Source: an uncultured Flavobacteriales bacterium (GTDB lineage Bacteria; Bacteroidota; Bacteroidia; Flavobacteriales_D; Sanyastnellaceae). Taken from it: a stretch of DNA of 64,000 nt. The translations under genes and the position numbers were made by a program. Shown piece after piece: positions 39,450 to 49,212 of the stretch; positions within the stretch are counted from its first letter, which is position 1, and the number at the start of each line of letters is the position of its first letter. The notes under the pieces were generated by a model. The model was not told the DNA's origin and searched no databases. It saw only the letters and a program-made list of their open reading frames with translations. The DNA is taken from assembly GCA_937974555.1 (NCBI GenBank), contig CALJKR010000073.1:35118-99117 (forward strand). The letters are read 5' to 3'.

Positions 39450-42400
39450 ATGAGGAACAAATATTACTTCTCATTATTCATGTGCTTTTTTGCATGGATG
39501 ATGTTCAATGGTGTTACCAGTAGTGCGGGAAAATCAGGAAAATCAGGTGCTCCAGGTGAGAATACTTGTATTCAGTGCCACAGTACCAATGCTTTGAATG
39601 ATCCAACAGGGTCAATCACCGTCAATGTAGCGGGAGTTACCAATGGTCAATATACAGCGGGTCAGACTTATCAAGTTAGCGTGACCATTGCTAAAACCGG
39701 TCAGTCTTTGTTTGGTTTTAGTGCGGTTGCTTTGGACGCTTCGGGACAGAATGCAGGTACTTTGACTGCAGGTGCGGACAGTCATACTGAGATGTCCTCT
39801 GCTTCAGGAACCAACAGAAATTATGTGACGCACAATGCCAATGGTGGCTTGGCGAGCAATCAAAAGACCTTTACCTTTTCATGGACTGCTCCAACTTCGG
39901 GCAGTGTCAATTTTTATTTCACAGGATTGGCAGCCAACAACAACGGCGGCACTACAGGTGATTTTGTTTACTCTTCGACATTGACCTTGGCTCCTGCCAC
40001 AATGGGTGGTGGAGTAGTGGTAATCAATGAGGTGGATTGTGATCAATCGGGCCCAGATTCACAAGAATTTGTGGAGCTGTATGGAACGCCCAATATGTCA
40101 TTGACAGGATATACCATTGTGTTTTTCAATGGAAACAATAGTTTGGCTTACTCTTCCTTTGATTTGGATGGTTATAGTTTGGACGCCAATGGGTTTTTTG
40201 TTTTGGGAAATCCTTTGGTTCCTAATGTGGATTTGACTTTTGATCCCGGGGCATCTGGCTTCTTGCAAAATGGCCCCGATGCGGTGGCGCTTTATTTGGC
40301 TGATGCTACGGCATGGCCAGTGGATGCACCGGTATCATCAACAGGTTTGGTAGACGCGGTAGTATACGGAACAGCCGATCCTGATGCAACCGGTTTAATT
40401 ACGGTGCTTACTCCAGGTCAATTGCAGGTGAATGAAACCGCGGGTAATATCGCGGAATGTTTGGCTCGTGTTCCAGATGGAGGTACGCCACTGGTGGTCA
40501 CTTCTTATGTTCAACAATTGCCCACTCCAGGAACATCCAATTCAACTACGGTTGTTGCTGGGTGTATGAATGTCAATGCCTGTAACTACAACAGTGCGGC
40601 TACTGTAGACGATAATTCTTGCTTATACACCGGTGCAACCTGCGATGATGGCAATCCAAATTCAACAGGGGATGCAATCGATGCCAGTTGCAATTGTGTG
40701 GGTCAGGTAACCCAAGTGAACGTGACCTTTCAAGTGGACATGAATACCAGCACGGTTGCTGCTTCTGGTGTCTTTTTGCAAGGTGATTTCCAAAACTGGC
40801 AAGCCAACCCCGATATCCCCATGACGGATGCCAATGCAGATGGTGTGTACACCGTTACGGTTGTACTTCCTGCCAACTCGCCTTTTCAGTACAAATTTTT
40901 GAATGGTACAGGTGGATGGGAAGTAACTCCTGCTTTGGCAGCATGTGGTACTCCTGACTTGGTAAACGTGGACGGCTATAACCGTGCGGACACCACCACT
41001 ACAATTGATTTGACTTTGCCTGTTGTTTGCTTCGGATCTTGCAACGCTTGTCCAACAAGTTCAACGGGATGTATGATTCCCAATGCTTGCAACTACGACC
41101 CAACGGCTACTATCAATGATATCGCAAGTTGTGTATTTGCAACTACTTGGTACTTGGATGCAGATGCAGATGGTTATTACGTGAGTTCAACTTCGGCTTG
41201 TACAAATCCTGGCGCGGGGTATACATCAACCGCAGGAATCAATGGTGATTGCAATGACGCGGCGGCCAGTGTCCACGTCGGCGCTACTGAGATTTGTGGC
41301 AATGGAATCGATGAGGATTGTTCGGGTGCGGATTTGTCTTGCGGAAATGCAGGATGCACCGACGCCTCTGCTTGCAATTACAATGCAGCTGCTACCATAG
41401 ACGATGGTTCATGCACCTATGCCAATTTATCGTACTACACAGATGCGGATGGGGACGGATTTGGTGCTGGAAATGCAACTTTATTTTGTTCCAATCCTGG
41501 AACTGGATATTCAGCCAATGATTTGGATTGCAATGACGCGGTGGTTTCCATCAATCCCAATGGAGTTGAAATTTGTAACGGAATAGACGAGAATTGCAAT
41601 GGTGAAATAGACGAGTTCGTTACAATTACGTATTACGCAGATACGGATTTAGACGGGTTTGGAGATTTGAACGTTTCTGCATTGGCATGTACTCCTCCAG
41701 CAGGATACGTTACAAACTTTGATGATTGCGATGATGCAATAGTTACTTATTTGGATGCCGATGGTGATGGCGAAGGTTCGACCACTCTGGATGCATGTGG
41801 AGTAGGCAACAGCAGTGATTGCAATGACAACAATGCTGCGATTAATACTACGGCAACAGAATTTTGTGGAAACAACATCGACGAGAACTGTGATGGTGCG
41901 GATGAAGTGTGTACTGGGATTCCGGGTTGTACGGATAACACCGCATGCAATTACGACCCAGCAGCCACGCAAAATAATGGATCTTGCACCTACGCTACGG
42001 TTTGGTATTTGGACGCAGATGCTGATGGATACTATGTAAGTACCCAATCGGCATGCGCCAATCCCGGCGCGGGTTATACCAGCACCATGGGTGTGAATGG
42101 GGATTGTGATGATGCCTCAGCTTCAATCAATGCCGCGGCAATTGAAATTTGTGGAGACGGAATTGATCAGAATTGTGATGGTGTTGATGATGCTTGCGCG
42201 ATATTGGGATGTATGGACGCAACAGCTTGTAATTACGAGCCAGCGGCAACCCAAGATGATGGCTCATGTACGTTTGCTGTCGATTGGTATTTGGATTTGG
42301 ATGTTGATGGATATGCTTCTGAAGTCATTAACGCTTGTACCAGCCCCGGTGTGGATTACACAGAGGCTGTTCTTATTCTAACGGATTGTGATGATACGGA

Positions 42401-43496
42401 TGCGAATATCAATCCTGGCGCAAACGATGTGTGCGACAATGGAATCGACGAAGATTGTACAGGTGCAGATGCGTCTTGCACGGTATCAGGTTGTACGGAT
42501 GCTACAGCGTGTAACTATGATGCTGCAGCAACCATTGATGACGGTTCTTGTACATACAGCACTACTTGGTACTTGGATGCTGATGCAGATGGATATTATA
42601 CAATTACAGTTCAATCTTGTGTTTCACCAGGTGCTACTTTCAACAATGTTGGGGGAATTCAAGGAGATTGCAATGACAATGCCGCAGACGTGAATGCGGG
42701 AACTTCAGAAATTTGCGGAAATGACATTGACGAGAACTGTGATGGTATTGTGGCTCAATGTCCTGCAGGATGCCCCAACCCCGTAATTATTTCTATCGAC
42801 TCTATCGCCAATTTGGAATGTTTTGGTATTCCAACAGGCTACATCGGCGCGTCGGTAACTGGAGGTTCAGGTTTGTATTACGCACAATGGAACACCAACC
42901 CCATTCAGACCACTCCTTTTGCCAGCAATTTGCCCGCTGGATTCCATACGTTGATCGTTTTGGATACTGAAGGTTGCGCCGATACGGTGACTGTAGAAAT
43001 TACCCAACCCGATGGAAGCTTCCCTGTTGTTTCAGGAAACAATGACACGGCTCCCGCCGAAAATGCTCAATACACAGTCAACACCTATCCTGGCGCGTCA
43101 TATACATGGACAGTGACAGGAGGCGTAATTGTCTCTGGTCAGGGAACAGAAACCATCAATGTGGTTTGGAATGATGTCAATTTTGGAAATGTAACAGTGG
43201 TTCAAAATGCCAATGGATGTGAGTTATCCGACGGCATTACCATATTTGTTAATGGAGTGGGAGTGGATGAAGCGATAGAAGGACTTTGGTCCGTTTACCC
43301 CAATCCTGCCCGCGAGCAAGTCACTTTGCAAAGCAGTTTAAGTCAGTGGTCATGGGAGATTGTTGAAATGAACGGAAGAAAAGTGATGTCAGGCAATTCA
43401 ACTTCATCATCTATGACACTTGATATTTCAAATTGTGCTCCAGGCTTGTATTTGGTCAGGACATCTGAAGGAATTGAGAAGTTAATAATCGAATAA
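39450..43496 (+). CDS. Secreted mosaic T9SS cargo: CxxCH + Reeler-like domain, lamin-tail-like domain, CBM-like beta-sandwich, MopE-like repeats alternating with 'ACNY' mini-modules, SprB repeat, PKD-like domain, type-A CTD
   Basis: 1348 aa with a signal peptide. CIQCH lies at nt 39567..39581. Reeler-like pattern: FGFSAVALD...YVTHNA...FTFSWTAP..VNFYF. LTD-like pattern: VVINEVDCDQ..QEFVELYG. SprB-repeat pattern: LECFGIPTGYIGASVTGGSGLYYAQW...LPAGFHTLIVLDTEGC. CTD: VYPNPAREQVTLQ...LIIE. Confidence 0.8.
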   Translation: MRNKYYFSLFMCFFAWMMFNGVTSSAGKSGKSGAPGENTCIQCHSTNALNDPTGSITVNVAGVTNGQYTAGQTYQVSVTIAKTGQSLFGFSAVALDASGQNAGTLTAGADSHTEMSSASGTNRNYVTHNANGGLASNQKTFTFSWTAPTSGSVNFYFTGLAANNNGGTTGDFVYSSTLTLAPATMGGGVVVINEVDCDQSGPDSQEFVELYGTPNMSLTGYTIVFFNGNNSLAYSSFDLDGYSLDANGFFVLGNPLVPNVDLTFDPGASGFLQNGPDAVALYLADATAWPVDAPVSSTGLVDAVVYGTADPDATGLITVLTPGQLQVNETAGNIAECLARVPDGGTPLVVTSYVQQLPTPGTSNSTTVVAGCMNVNACNYNSAATVDDNSCLYTGATCDDGNPNSTGDAIDASCNCVGQVTQVNVTFQVDMNTSTVAASGVFLQGDFQNWQANPDIPMTDANADGVYTVTVVLPANSPFQYKFLNGTGGWEVTPALAACGTPDLVNVDGYNRADTTTTIDLTLPVVCFGSCNACPTSSTGCMIPNACNYDPTATINDIASCVFATTWYLDADADGYYVSSTSACTNPGAGYTSTAGINGDCNDAAASVHVGATEICGNGIDEDCSGADLSCGNAGCTDASACNYNAAATIDDGSCTYANLSYYTDADGDGFGAGNATLFCSNPGTGYSANDLDCNDAVVSINPNGVEICNGIDENCNGEIDEFVTITYYADTDLDGFGDLNVSALACTPPAGYVTNFDDCDDAIVTYLDADGDGEGSTTLDACGVGNSSDCNDNNAAINTTATEFCGNNIDENCDGADEVCTGIPGCTDNTACNYDPAATQNNGSCTYATVWYLDADADGYYVSTQSACANPGAGYTSTMGVNGDCDDASASINAAAIEICGDGIDQNCDGVDDACAILGCMDATACNYEPAATQDDGSCTFAVDWYLDLDVDGYASEVINACTSPGVDYTEAVLILTDCDDTDANINPGANDVCDNGIDEDCTGADASCTVSGCTDATACNYDAAATIDDGSCTYSTTWYLDADADGYYTITVQSCVSPGATFNNVGGIQGDCNDNAADVNAGTSEICGNDIDENCDGIVAQCPAGCPNPVIISIDSIANLECFGIPTGYIGASVTGGSGLYYAQWNTNPIQTTPFASNLPAGFHTLIVLDTEGCADTVTVEITQPDGSFPVVSGNNDTAPAENAQYTVNTYPGASYTWTVTGGVIVSGQGTETINVVWNDVNFGNVTVVQNANGCELSDGITIFVNGVGVDEAIEGLWSVYPNPAREQVTLQSSLSQWSWEIVEMNGRKVMSGNSTSSSMTLDISNCAPGLYLVRTSEGIEKLIIE

Positions 43497-43500
43497 AAAA

Positions 43501-43523
43501 GAGAGGCGAAAGCCTCTTTTTTT
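43501..43523 (+). terminator. Rho-independent terminator
   Basis: Hairpin AGAGGC-gaaa-GCCTCT followed by a T-run. Confidence 0.8.
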
Positions 43524-43537
43524 AACTTATATTTTTT

Positions 43538-43545
43538 TATCTTTG
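43538..43545 (+). promoter_or_regulatory. Putative -7 promoter element (TATCTTTG)
   Basis: Exact TAnnTTTG match, 20 nt upstream of the ATG at 43566. Confidence 0.45.
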
Positions 43546-43565
43546 TAAGGCTAAATTATCTAAAA

Positions 43566-45887
43566 ATGAAAAAACTCTACATTTCTCTTGGCTTGATGGC
43601 TATGGGAGTTGCAGCAATCGCACAAAACGTTGCTCCAATTCACAAAAGCCCAGCTAGAAAAGTTCTTACCAAAAATCAGGTAAGTCCTACAACGGTGATC
43701 ACTCACCAAGAATTGAATCATGCTTCAAGCGCTGACCGCGTTGTTGCTTTTCAAGAAGATTTCCAAGGTGTTTCTTTGGCTGGTGGTAACCCAGGTGTTA
43801 TCCCAGCAGGTTGGATCACCAACGAAACCACTACTGCTACAGCTGGTGTAACTACACCCGCTTTCAAAATTTATAATTCTGCATTGGCCAACGCAGGTGG
43901 CTACTGGCCGGTTCCTCAAGTTGGAGTGAACAACAAGTTTGCAGGTGTGAATGATGATCCAGCTCCATGTGACTGTGATTTCATCGATGCATGGTTACAA
44001 ACTCCAGCCATTGCATTGAACGAGTATGAGTACACGACTACTACACAAGATGTGTGGGGAATCGTAACCACTACACCAGTAACTGATATCTGGAATGACG
44101 TTCAAGATTTGGGTTCAGGTCCTCAATTGTTGGCGCAAATTTTGGCTCCAAACGGAACCATCATTTGGGAATCCGTTTCTTTGGCTTTTGACGTTGCAGG
44201 TGCAGGTCTTCCTTTGACTGTAAACGTAAATGGCATGGACTACCCAGTATTCTCTGCTGGAACTTTGGATATTTCTGGTTTGATGTTGAGCGGTGACTTG
44301 GATGTTACCATCACATCTGCAGATGGAATCGAAGTGATGACTAACGTTGTTGTAAGTGCTTCTGGTACATACGAAACAGGTGAGGTTATCAATGACACTA
44401 TTCCTGCAAATCCTGGTGATGCAGGTGCTGAAGTCGTTGGTGTAATCGATGTTGTAGATTCTACTTTCGTAGGTAACTACACCATGGGATTTGACTTCTT
44501 CCACGATCAAAACTTTGGCGGTGGTGAAGCTACTGTTCAAGTTTCAAATGATGGTGGTGCTTCTTGGAGCATTATCGATACTTTGGCTGTGGATGGTTCA
44601 TACTGGCAAAGCATCGTTTTGCCATTGTACAGCTACAATGGTCAAACAATCCACGTACGTTTCCAATGGTCTGACAATGGAGCTTGGGCTTCTGGTTTTG
44701 CTGTAGACAACGTGATTATTCAAACTGCTTTGGATAATGATATGGCCATTGCCAAAACAATCGCTTCTGACTGGAACAATGCTACTTTCGGTTTGGGTTT
44801 CTGGGAATATGCTCAGGTTCCTGTATCTCAAGTTAGCCCCATCCGTGCTACTTCAGTGGTATACAATGCGGGTTACTTCGATCAACCTGGTGTTTATGTA
44901 GATTATGAAGTTAGCTTTGATGGAACATCTCAAGCTACTTGGTCTACTGATATCTTGGATGTAGTTTCTTTGGATAAAGATACTTTGTCTGCTGTGTCTG
45001 CTTGGACTCCTTCTGCTGTAGGTTCTGTTACTATTGCTTCTACCGTTGTTTCACCTGCTGGTGATGACAATTTGGCTAACAACACTGGTTCTGCTTCATT
45101 GGCTATTACCAATGATATCTACGCTCGTGACTTGGGTGCTGCTCAAGCTTTCGTAGGTCCTGGCGCTGCTTATGAGTACGGAAACTTGTTTGACATCTAT
45201 GCCAACGATACCATTGGTGCTATCGATGTTGCTGTAAACTTTGCAACAGCTGACGAAGGTTCTTTGATTCAAGGTAAATTGTACGAATTCACAGGTTTGG
45301 ATGCTACAGGCCTTCCAACTTTAACTGACTTGGGTATCTCTACAATCGAATATGCTGTAACTGCTGCTGATAATAACGCTGCAGGTGGTTCATCTTTCAT
45401 TCACTTGTCTTTCACAGACGAAGTGATTGTTGAAGCAGGAAAAATCTACATGGCTACTTTGATTTCTGACGGTGCTATCCGCACGCCAGTTGCAGGTAAC
45501 AATGATTGGGTTGTGTCTTGGTTGAATGATGGTACAGGTTGGGGCGCAACAGGCGGAATCCCAATGATCCGTCTGAACTTTGACGAGTCTTTGATGCAAG
45601 ACATCAATGTTGCTGAGAACAACAACAACGGTGTTGTTTTGTCTCAAAACATGCCAAACCCAGCTGCTGCTAACACCGTAGTAAACTATTCTTTGAATAA
45701 CAACGAGCAAGTTTCTTTGATCGTTCGTGATATCACTGGTAGAATCGTTATGAATATCAACGAAGGTGTTCAAGCTGCAGGTAACCACTCAATCAACATC
45801 AATGTTGAGTCTTTGGGTGCTGGTATCTACACTTATACTTTGAACGCTGGTAGTGTTCACATGACTAAAGAAATGATGGTTAAATAA
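43566..45887 (+). CDS. Secreted T9SS type-A cargo protein with a choice-of-anchor-J/MAM-like N-terminal domain
   Basis: 773 aa with a signal peptide (..GVAAIAQ). Contains FQEDFQG...IPAGW and ATVQVSNDGGASWSIID, a pattern typical of choice-of-anchor J domains. CTD: MPNPAAANTVVNYSL...MMVK. Confidence 0.7.
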   Translation: MKKLYISLGLMAMGVAAIAQNVAPIHKSPARKVLTKNQVSPTTVITHQELNHASSADRVVAFQEDFQGVSLAGGNPGVIPAGWITNETTTATAGVTTPAFKIYNSALANAGGYWPVPQVGVNNKFAGVNDDPAPCDCDFIDAWLQTPAIALNEYEYTTTTQDVWGIVTTTPVTDIWNDVQDLGSGPQLLAQILAPNGTIIWESVSLAFDVAGAGLPLTVNVNGMDYPVFSAGTLDISGLMLSGDLDVTITSADGIEVMTNVVVSASGTYETGEVINDTIPANPGDAGAEVVGVIDVVDSTFVGNYTMGFDFFHDQNFGGGEATVQVSNDGGASWSIIDTLAVDGSYWQSIVLPLYSYNGQTIHVRFQWSDNGAWASGFAVDNVIIQTALDNDMAIAKTIASDWNNATFGLGFWEYAQVPVSQVSPIRATSVVYNAGYFDQPGVYVDYEVSFDGTSQATWSTDILDVVSLDKDTLSAVSAWTPSAVGSVTIASTVVSPAGDDNLANNTGSASLAITNDIYARDLGAAQAFVGPGAAYEYGNLFDIYANDTIGAIDVAVNFATADEGSLIQGKLYEFTGLDATGLPTLTDLGISTIEYAVTAADNNAAGGSSFIHLSFTDEVIVEAGKIYMATLISDGAIRTPVAGNNDWVVSWLNDGTGWGATGGIPMIRLNFDESLMQDINVAENNNNGVVLSQNMPNPAAANTVVNYSLNNNEQVSLIVRDITGRIVMNINEGVQAAGNHSININVESLGAGIYTYTLNAGSVHMTKEMMVK

Positions 45888-45910
45888 TCAGATTTTTTAG
45901 CAATAAAAAG

Positions 45911-45935
45911 AAGGCCTCCAATTGGAGGCCTTTTT
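45911..45935 (+). terminator. Rho-independent terminator
   Basis: Palindrome GGCCTCCA-at-TGGAGGCC followed by T5. Confidence 0.8.
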
Positions 45936-45941
45936 GTTTGT

Positions 45942-45949
45942 TATATTTG
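45942..45949 (+). promoter_or_regulatory. Putative -7 promoter element (TATATTTG)
   Basis: Exact TAnnTTTG match, 18 nt upstream of the ATG at 45968. It lies inside the longer TTG-initiated ORF (45938), which argues for the 45968 start. Confidence 0.45.
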
Positions 45950-45967
45950 TCCATCATCAAGGAAAAA

Positions 45968-47947
45968 ATGAAAAAACAAATTTTATCAGCTTTGTTCTTT
46001 GCAGCCGCTTTTACAGTGATTGCTCAAAAGAATAACAACGAACCTTTGCATGCGCCAAAGGTGGTTCAGCCTCAAGAAATTCGTCAAACCCCTGTGACGG
46101 CAACAGCTGCTGATCGCGGTGGTGCGATTGTTTTCACTGAGGATTTCAGCAACGGCTTCGGCTCATGGTTGCCATGGGACAGCAGTGCAGACACCTCCAT
46201 TTGGATGGTGGCCAATGCCAATAGTCCAGCAGGTGCTTACACTTCAAGCGCTCCCGCAATGACTGGACCAACTACCTCTACGGGATGGGTGATTTTTGAT
46301 GCAGATTTGTACCAAGGAGGTACCATTAGCGCAACAAACCCCGCTGAGGATGTATACGGTTGGTTGCAAAGCCCAGCCATCGATTGTAGTACTTTGTCTT
46401 CTGTGGTTGTAGAGTACAATCAATATTTTATCTATTGTTGTTTCTCTGCTTCTCCTTTGACGGTTGAAGTTTCCAATGATGGCGGTGTTACTTGGGTTGT
46501 TTTCCCAGGTCATGGTGATTTCTCACCATCTGCCAATTCATTCTCAGCAAATCCCTTGAATACTACAGTAGATATCTCTTGTGTCGCTGCAAACCAACCC
46601 AATGTATTGGTTCGTTTTGGTTACAACACCGCGCAAACGTCAGGATACTCTCACTACTTCTGGGGATTGGATGATATTTCAGTTTACGGAAATCCAAAGA
46701 CCAATGATATCGAGGTGCGTCAAATCACCAACGGTGACGTATTCAATGTTTGGGAATATCGTTTAACGCCAATGGAGCAACGCATTACCAGCGCGGACGG
46801 TGGTCAAATGGTGGGTATCCTTTCTCGCAATGTGGGATCTGCCAATCAAACCAACGTGAACGTTCAAATTGATATCACCGATGCTTCAGGTACTGTGGTG
46901 CATTCGCAAACCGAAGTAATCGCCGATATGCCTTCTTACGCCAATGCTCCTGAGTGTCCTGCTTTTGTTAATGACACGATGTATGTTAATACAGGTTGGG
47001 AACCAACAGCTACAGGTGTTTATACCATCACGGTTACCATGACAGCGGATTCTACTGATGAAACCCCAGCCAACAATGTGATGTCCCGTGTAATCGAATT
47101 CTCCGCAGATGAGTATGGTCATGATGATACTGCTTTGGATATTGAATTAACGGCCACTACAGTGGATGGTTCAAATCCTGTGGTGTATGAACCACATGGC
47201 TATGGAACATTCTTCCATTTCCCATATCCAGGATCATTTGCTTATGGTTCTACTGTTTTGATGGGTAATAATTCAGATATCGGCGCTTATTTCAGCACTG
47301 TATTGTATCAGGCTACAGATGGTTTGAATAACGCACCTGGTGTTGCAGCCTCTAATGAATTTGAATTGACACAACAAATGATTGGCACTACTGGCTCTGA
47401 ACCCTTCTATTACTTGCCTTTTGCAGATCCAGCAGAAATGTTGCCTGGTGAGGTTTACTTCAATTGTGTAATCACCAACCCAGAGGCTACATCAACTCCA
47501 ACAGCGACCACTGATTTGCAAATGACCATGTTGGCGCAAGACAATGCTGATTCTGATAACTCTACTGCAGAGATCTCAAGAACAGGAAGCAATACCTATG
47601 CATGGTTTACTTCAAGATCTTATTCTCCCGCATTGCGTTTGATTTTGTCTGAGCGTGTATCGGTTGATGAAATCAACGGTGAGTCTTTGCAAACTTTCAA
47701 ATTGTTCCCAAATCCTGCAGTTCAGGTAGCTCAAGTGCAATACACTTTGAAACAGAATGTAGCAGTGGCTTATGAAGTTCGTGATTTGCAAGGCAAATTG
47801 GTAACCTATTCCAACTTGGGGATCAAGAATGCTGGAACCCACTCTTTAGAATTGCCAGTATCACAATGGGGCGTTGGTCAATACCAAGTGTCTCTTGTGG
47901 TTGACGGAAAGAAGATGTACACCAAGGCACTTCAAGTGACCAAATAA
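45968..47947 (+). CDS. Secreted T9SS type-A cargo protein, paralog-like neighbour of the 43566 gene (choice-of-anchor-J/MAM-like N-terminal domain)
   Basis: Signal peptide MKKQILSALFFAAAFTVIAQ. Contains VFTEDFSNGFGSW and LTVEVSNDGGVTWVVF. CTD: LFPNPAVQVAQVQYTL...LQVTK. Confidence 0.7.
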   Translation: MKKQILSALFFAAAFTVIAQKNNNEPLHAPKVVQPQEIRQTPVTATAADRGGAIVFTEDFSNGFGSWLPWDSSADTSIWMVANANSPAGAYTSSAPAMTGPTTSTGWVIFDADLYQGGTISATNPAEDVYGWLQSPAIDCSTLSSVVVEYNQYFIYCCFSASPLTVEVSNDGGVTWVVFPGHGDFSPSANSFSANPLNTTVDISCVAANQPNVLVRFGYNTAQTSGYSHYFWGLDDISVYGNPKTNDIEVRQITNGDVFNVWEYRLTPMEQRITSADGGQMVGILSRNVGSANQTNVNVQIDITDASGTVVHSQTEVIADMPSYANAPECPAFVNDTMYVNTGWEPTATGVYTITVTMTADSTDETPANNVMSRVIEFSADEYGHDDTALDIELTATTVDGSNPVVYEPHGYGTFFHFPYPGSFAYGSTVLMGNNSDIGAYFSTVLYQATDGLNNAPGVAASNEFELTQQMIGTTGSEPFYYLPFADPAEMLPGEVYFNCVITNPEATSTPTATTDLQMTMLAQDNADSDNSTAEISRTGSNTYAWFTSRSYSPALRLILSERVSVDEINGESLQTFKLFPNPAVQVAQVQYTLKQNVAVAYEVRDLQGKLVTYSNLGIKNAGTHSLELPVSQWGVGQYQVSLVVDGKKMYTKALQVTK

Positions 47948-47960
47948 AGAAAATTAAAAA

Positions 47961-47981
47961 GGGACTTCGGTCCCTTTTTTT
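47961..47981 (+). terminator. Rho-independent terminator
   Basis: Hairpin GGGAC-ttcg-GTCCC followed by T7. Confidence 0.85.
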
Positions 47982-47993
47982 ATGAAACGAAAT

Positions 47994-48001
47994 TAGCTTT
48001 G
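47994..48001 (+). promoter_or_regulatory. Putative -7 promoter element (TAGCTTTG) for pgk
   Basis: Exact TAnnTTTG match, 14 nt upstream of the ATG at 48016. Confidence 0.4.
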
Positions 48002-48015
48002 CAAAAACAATTATT

Positions 48016-49212
48016 ATGTACCAGATAGATCAAGTTTCTTTTGCCAACAAACGTGTTTTGGTTCGTGTGGATTTCAATGTCCCTTTGGATGCTGAATTGA
48101 ACATCACCGATGATACCCGAATCAAGGCCGCCATTCCAACGATTCAAAAGTTATTGAATGATGGGGCCAAGGTGATTTTGATGTCGCATTTGGGTCGTCC
48201 CAAAAACGGACCAGAGGCGGTTTTTTCATTGCAACATGTTATTCCTGGATTAAAGAAATACTTGAGTTGTGGGGTTGCTTTTGTGGAGGATTGTATCGGT
48301 GAAAAAGTACAACATGCGGTTGATGCGATGCCTTGGGGTTCTGTGATGGTGATGGAAAACCTAAGGTTTTATAAAGAAGAGGAAAAAGGTGATGAGTTTT
48401 TTGCGGGACAGATTGCTGAAAATGGGGATGCATATGTAAACGATGCATTTGGGACAGCGCACAGAGCGCACGCCAGTACAGCATTGATTGCTCGTTTTTT
48501 CCCAACGGATAAATATTTTGGATACTTGATGGAGAACGAAGTGCAAGCGATTGACAAGGTGCTTCACTCAGAAGAGAAACCGGTTGTTGCAATTGTTGGT
48601 GGTTCCAAGGTGTCATCTAAAATTGGCATCATTGAGAACTTGATTCAGAAAGTAGACGCATTGATCATCGGTGGTGGAATGGCCTTTACTTTCGTTAAGG
48701 CGATGGGAGGAAAAGTAGGAAGTTCATTGGTTGAGGAGGATCGATTGGATCAAGCTTTGGATCTGCTTAAAAAGGCCGAGGCCAGAGGTGTAAAGATGTT
48801 GTTGCCTGTGGATGCAATTGTTGCGGACAAGTTCAGTGGGGATGCCAATACAAAGGTCTGCAAGATCAATGAGATAGAGGAAGGTTGGATGGGATTGGAT
48901 ATCGCATCTGAATCCATTGCATTGTTTAATCAAACCATCACCTCTGCACGTATCGTGCTTTGGAATGGGCCCATGGGTGTATTTGAGATTCCGGCATTTG
49001 CCAATGGAACCAAAGCCATTGCGGAAGATTTGGTAAGGGCCACTGCCAATGGCGCATTCACATTGGTGGGCGGCGGTGATTCAGTGGCTGCGATCAATCA
49101 AATGGGAATGGCGGAACAGGTAAGCTATGTAAGCACTGGAGGTGGTGCCATGTTGGAGAGTTTGGAAGGTATCGTGTTACCAGGAATTGCAGCTATCCGG
49201 AATGTCGGATAA
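48016..49212 (+). CDS. pgk: Phosphoglycerate kinase
   Basis: 398 aa with RVDFNVPL, MSHLGRPK, DAFGTAHRAHAST and GGGDS motifs. Confidence 0.95.
   Translation: MYQIDQVSFANKRVLVRVDFNVPLDAELNITDDTRIKAAIPTIQKLLNDGAKVILMSHLGRPKNGPEAVFSLQHVIPGLKKYLSCGVAFVEDCIGEKVQHAVDAMPWGSVMVMENLRFYKEEEKGDEFFAGQIAENGDAYVNDAFGTAHRAHASTALIARFFPTDKYFGYLMENEVQAIDKVLHSEEKPVVAIVGGSKVSSKIGIIENLIQKVDALIIGGGMAFTFVKAMGGKVGSSLVEEDRLDQALDLLKKAEARGVKMLLPVDAIVADKFSGDANTKVCKINEIEEGWMGLDIASESIALFNQTITSARIVLWNGPMGVFEIPAFANGTKAIAEDLVRATANGAFTLVGGGDSVAAINQMGMAEQVSYVSTGGGAMLESLEGIVLPGIAAIRNVG

Noticed and set aside
45938-45967. TTG-initiated 10-codon extension of the 45968 cargo gene.
   Set aside because: It would place the exact TAnnTTTG box and part of the upstream terminator tail inside the coding region. 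The ATG at 45968 gives a canonical MKK... signal peptide.
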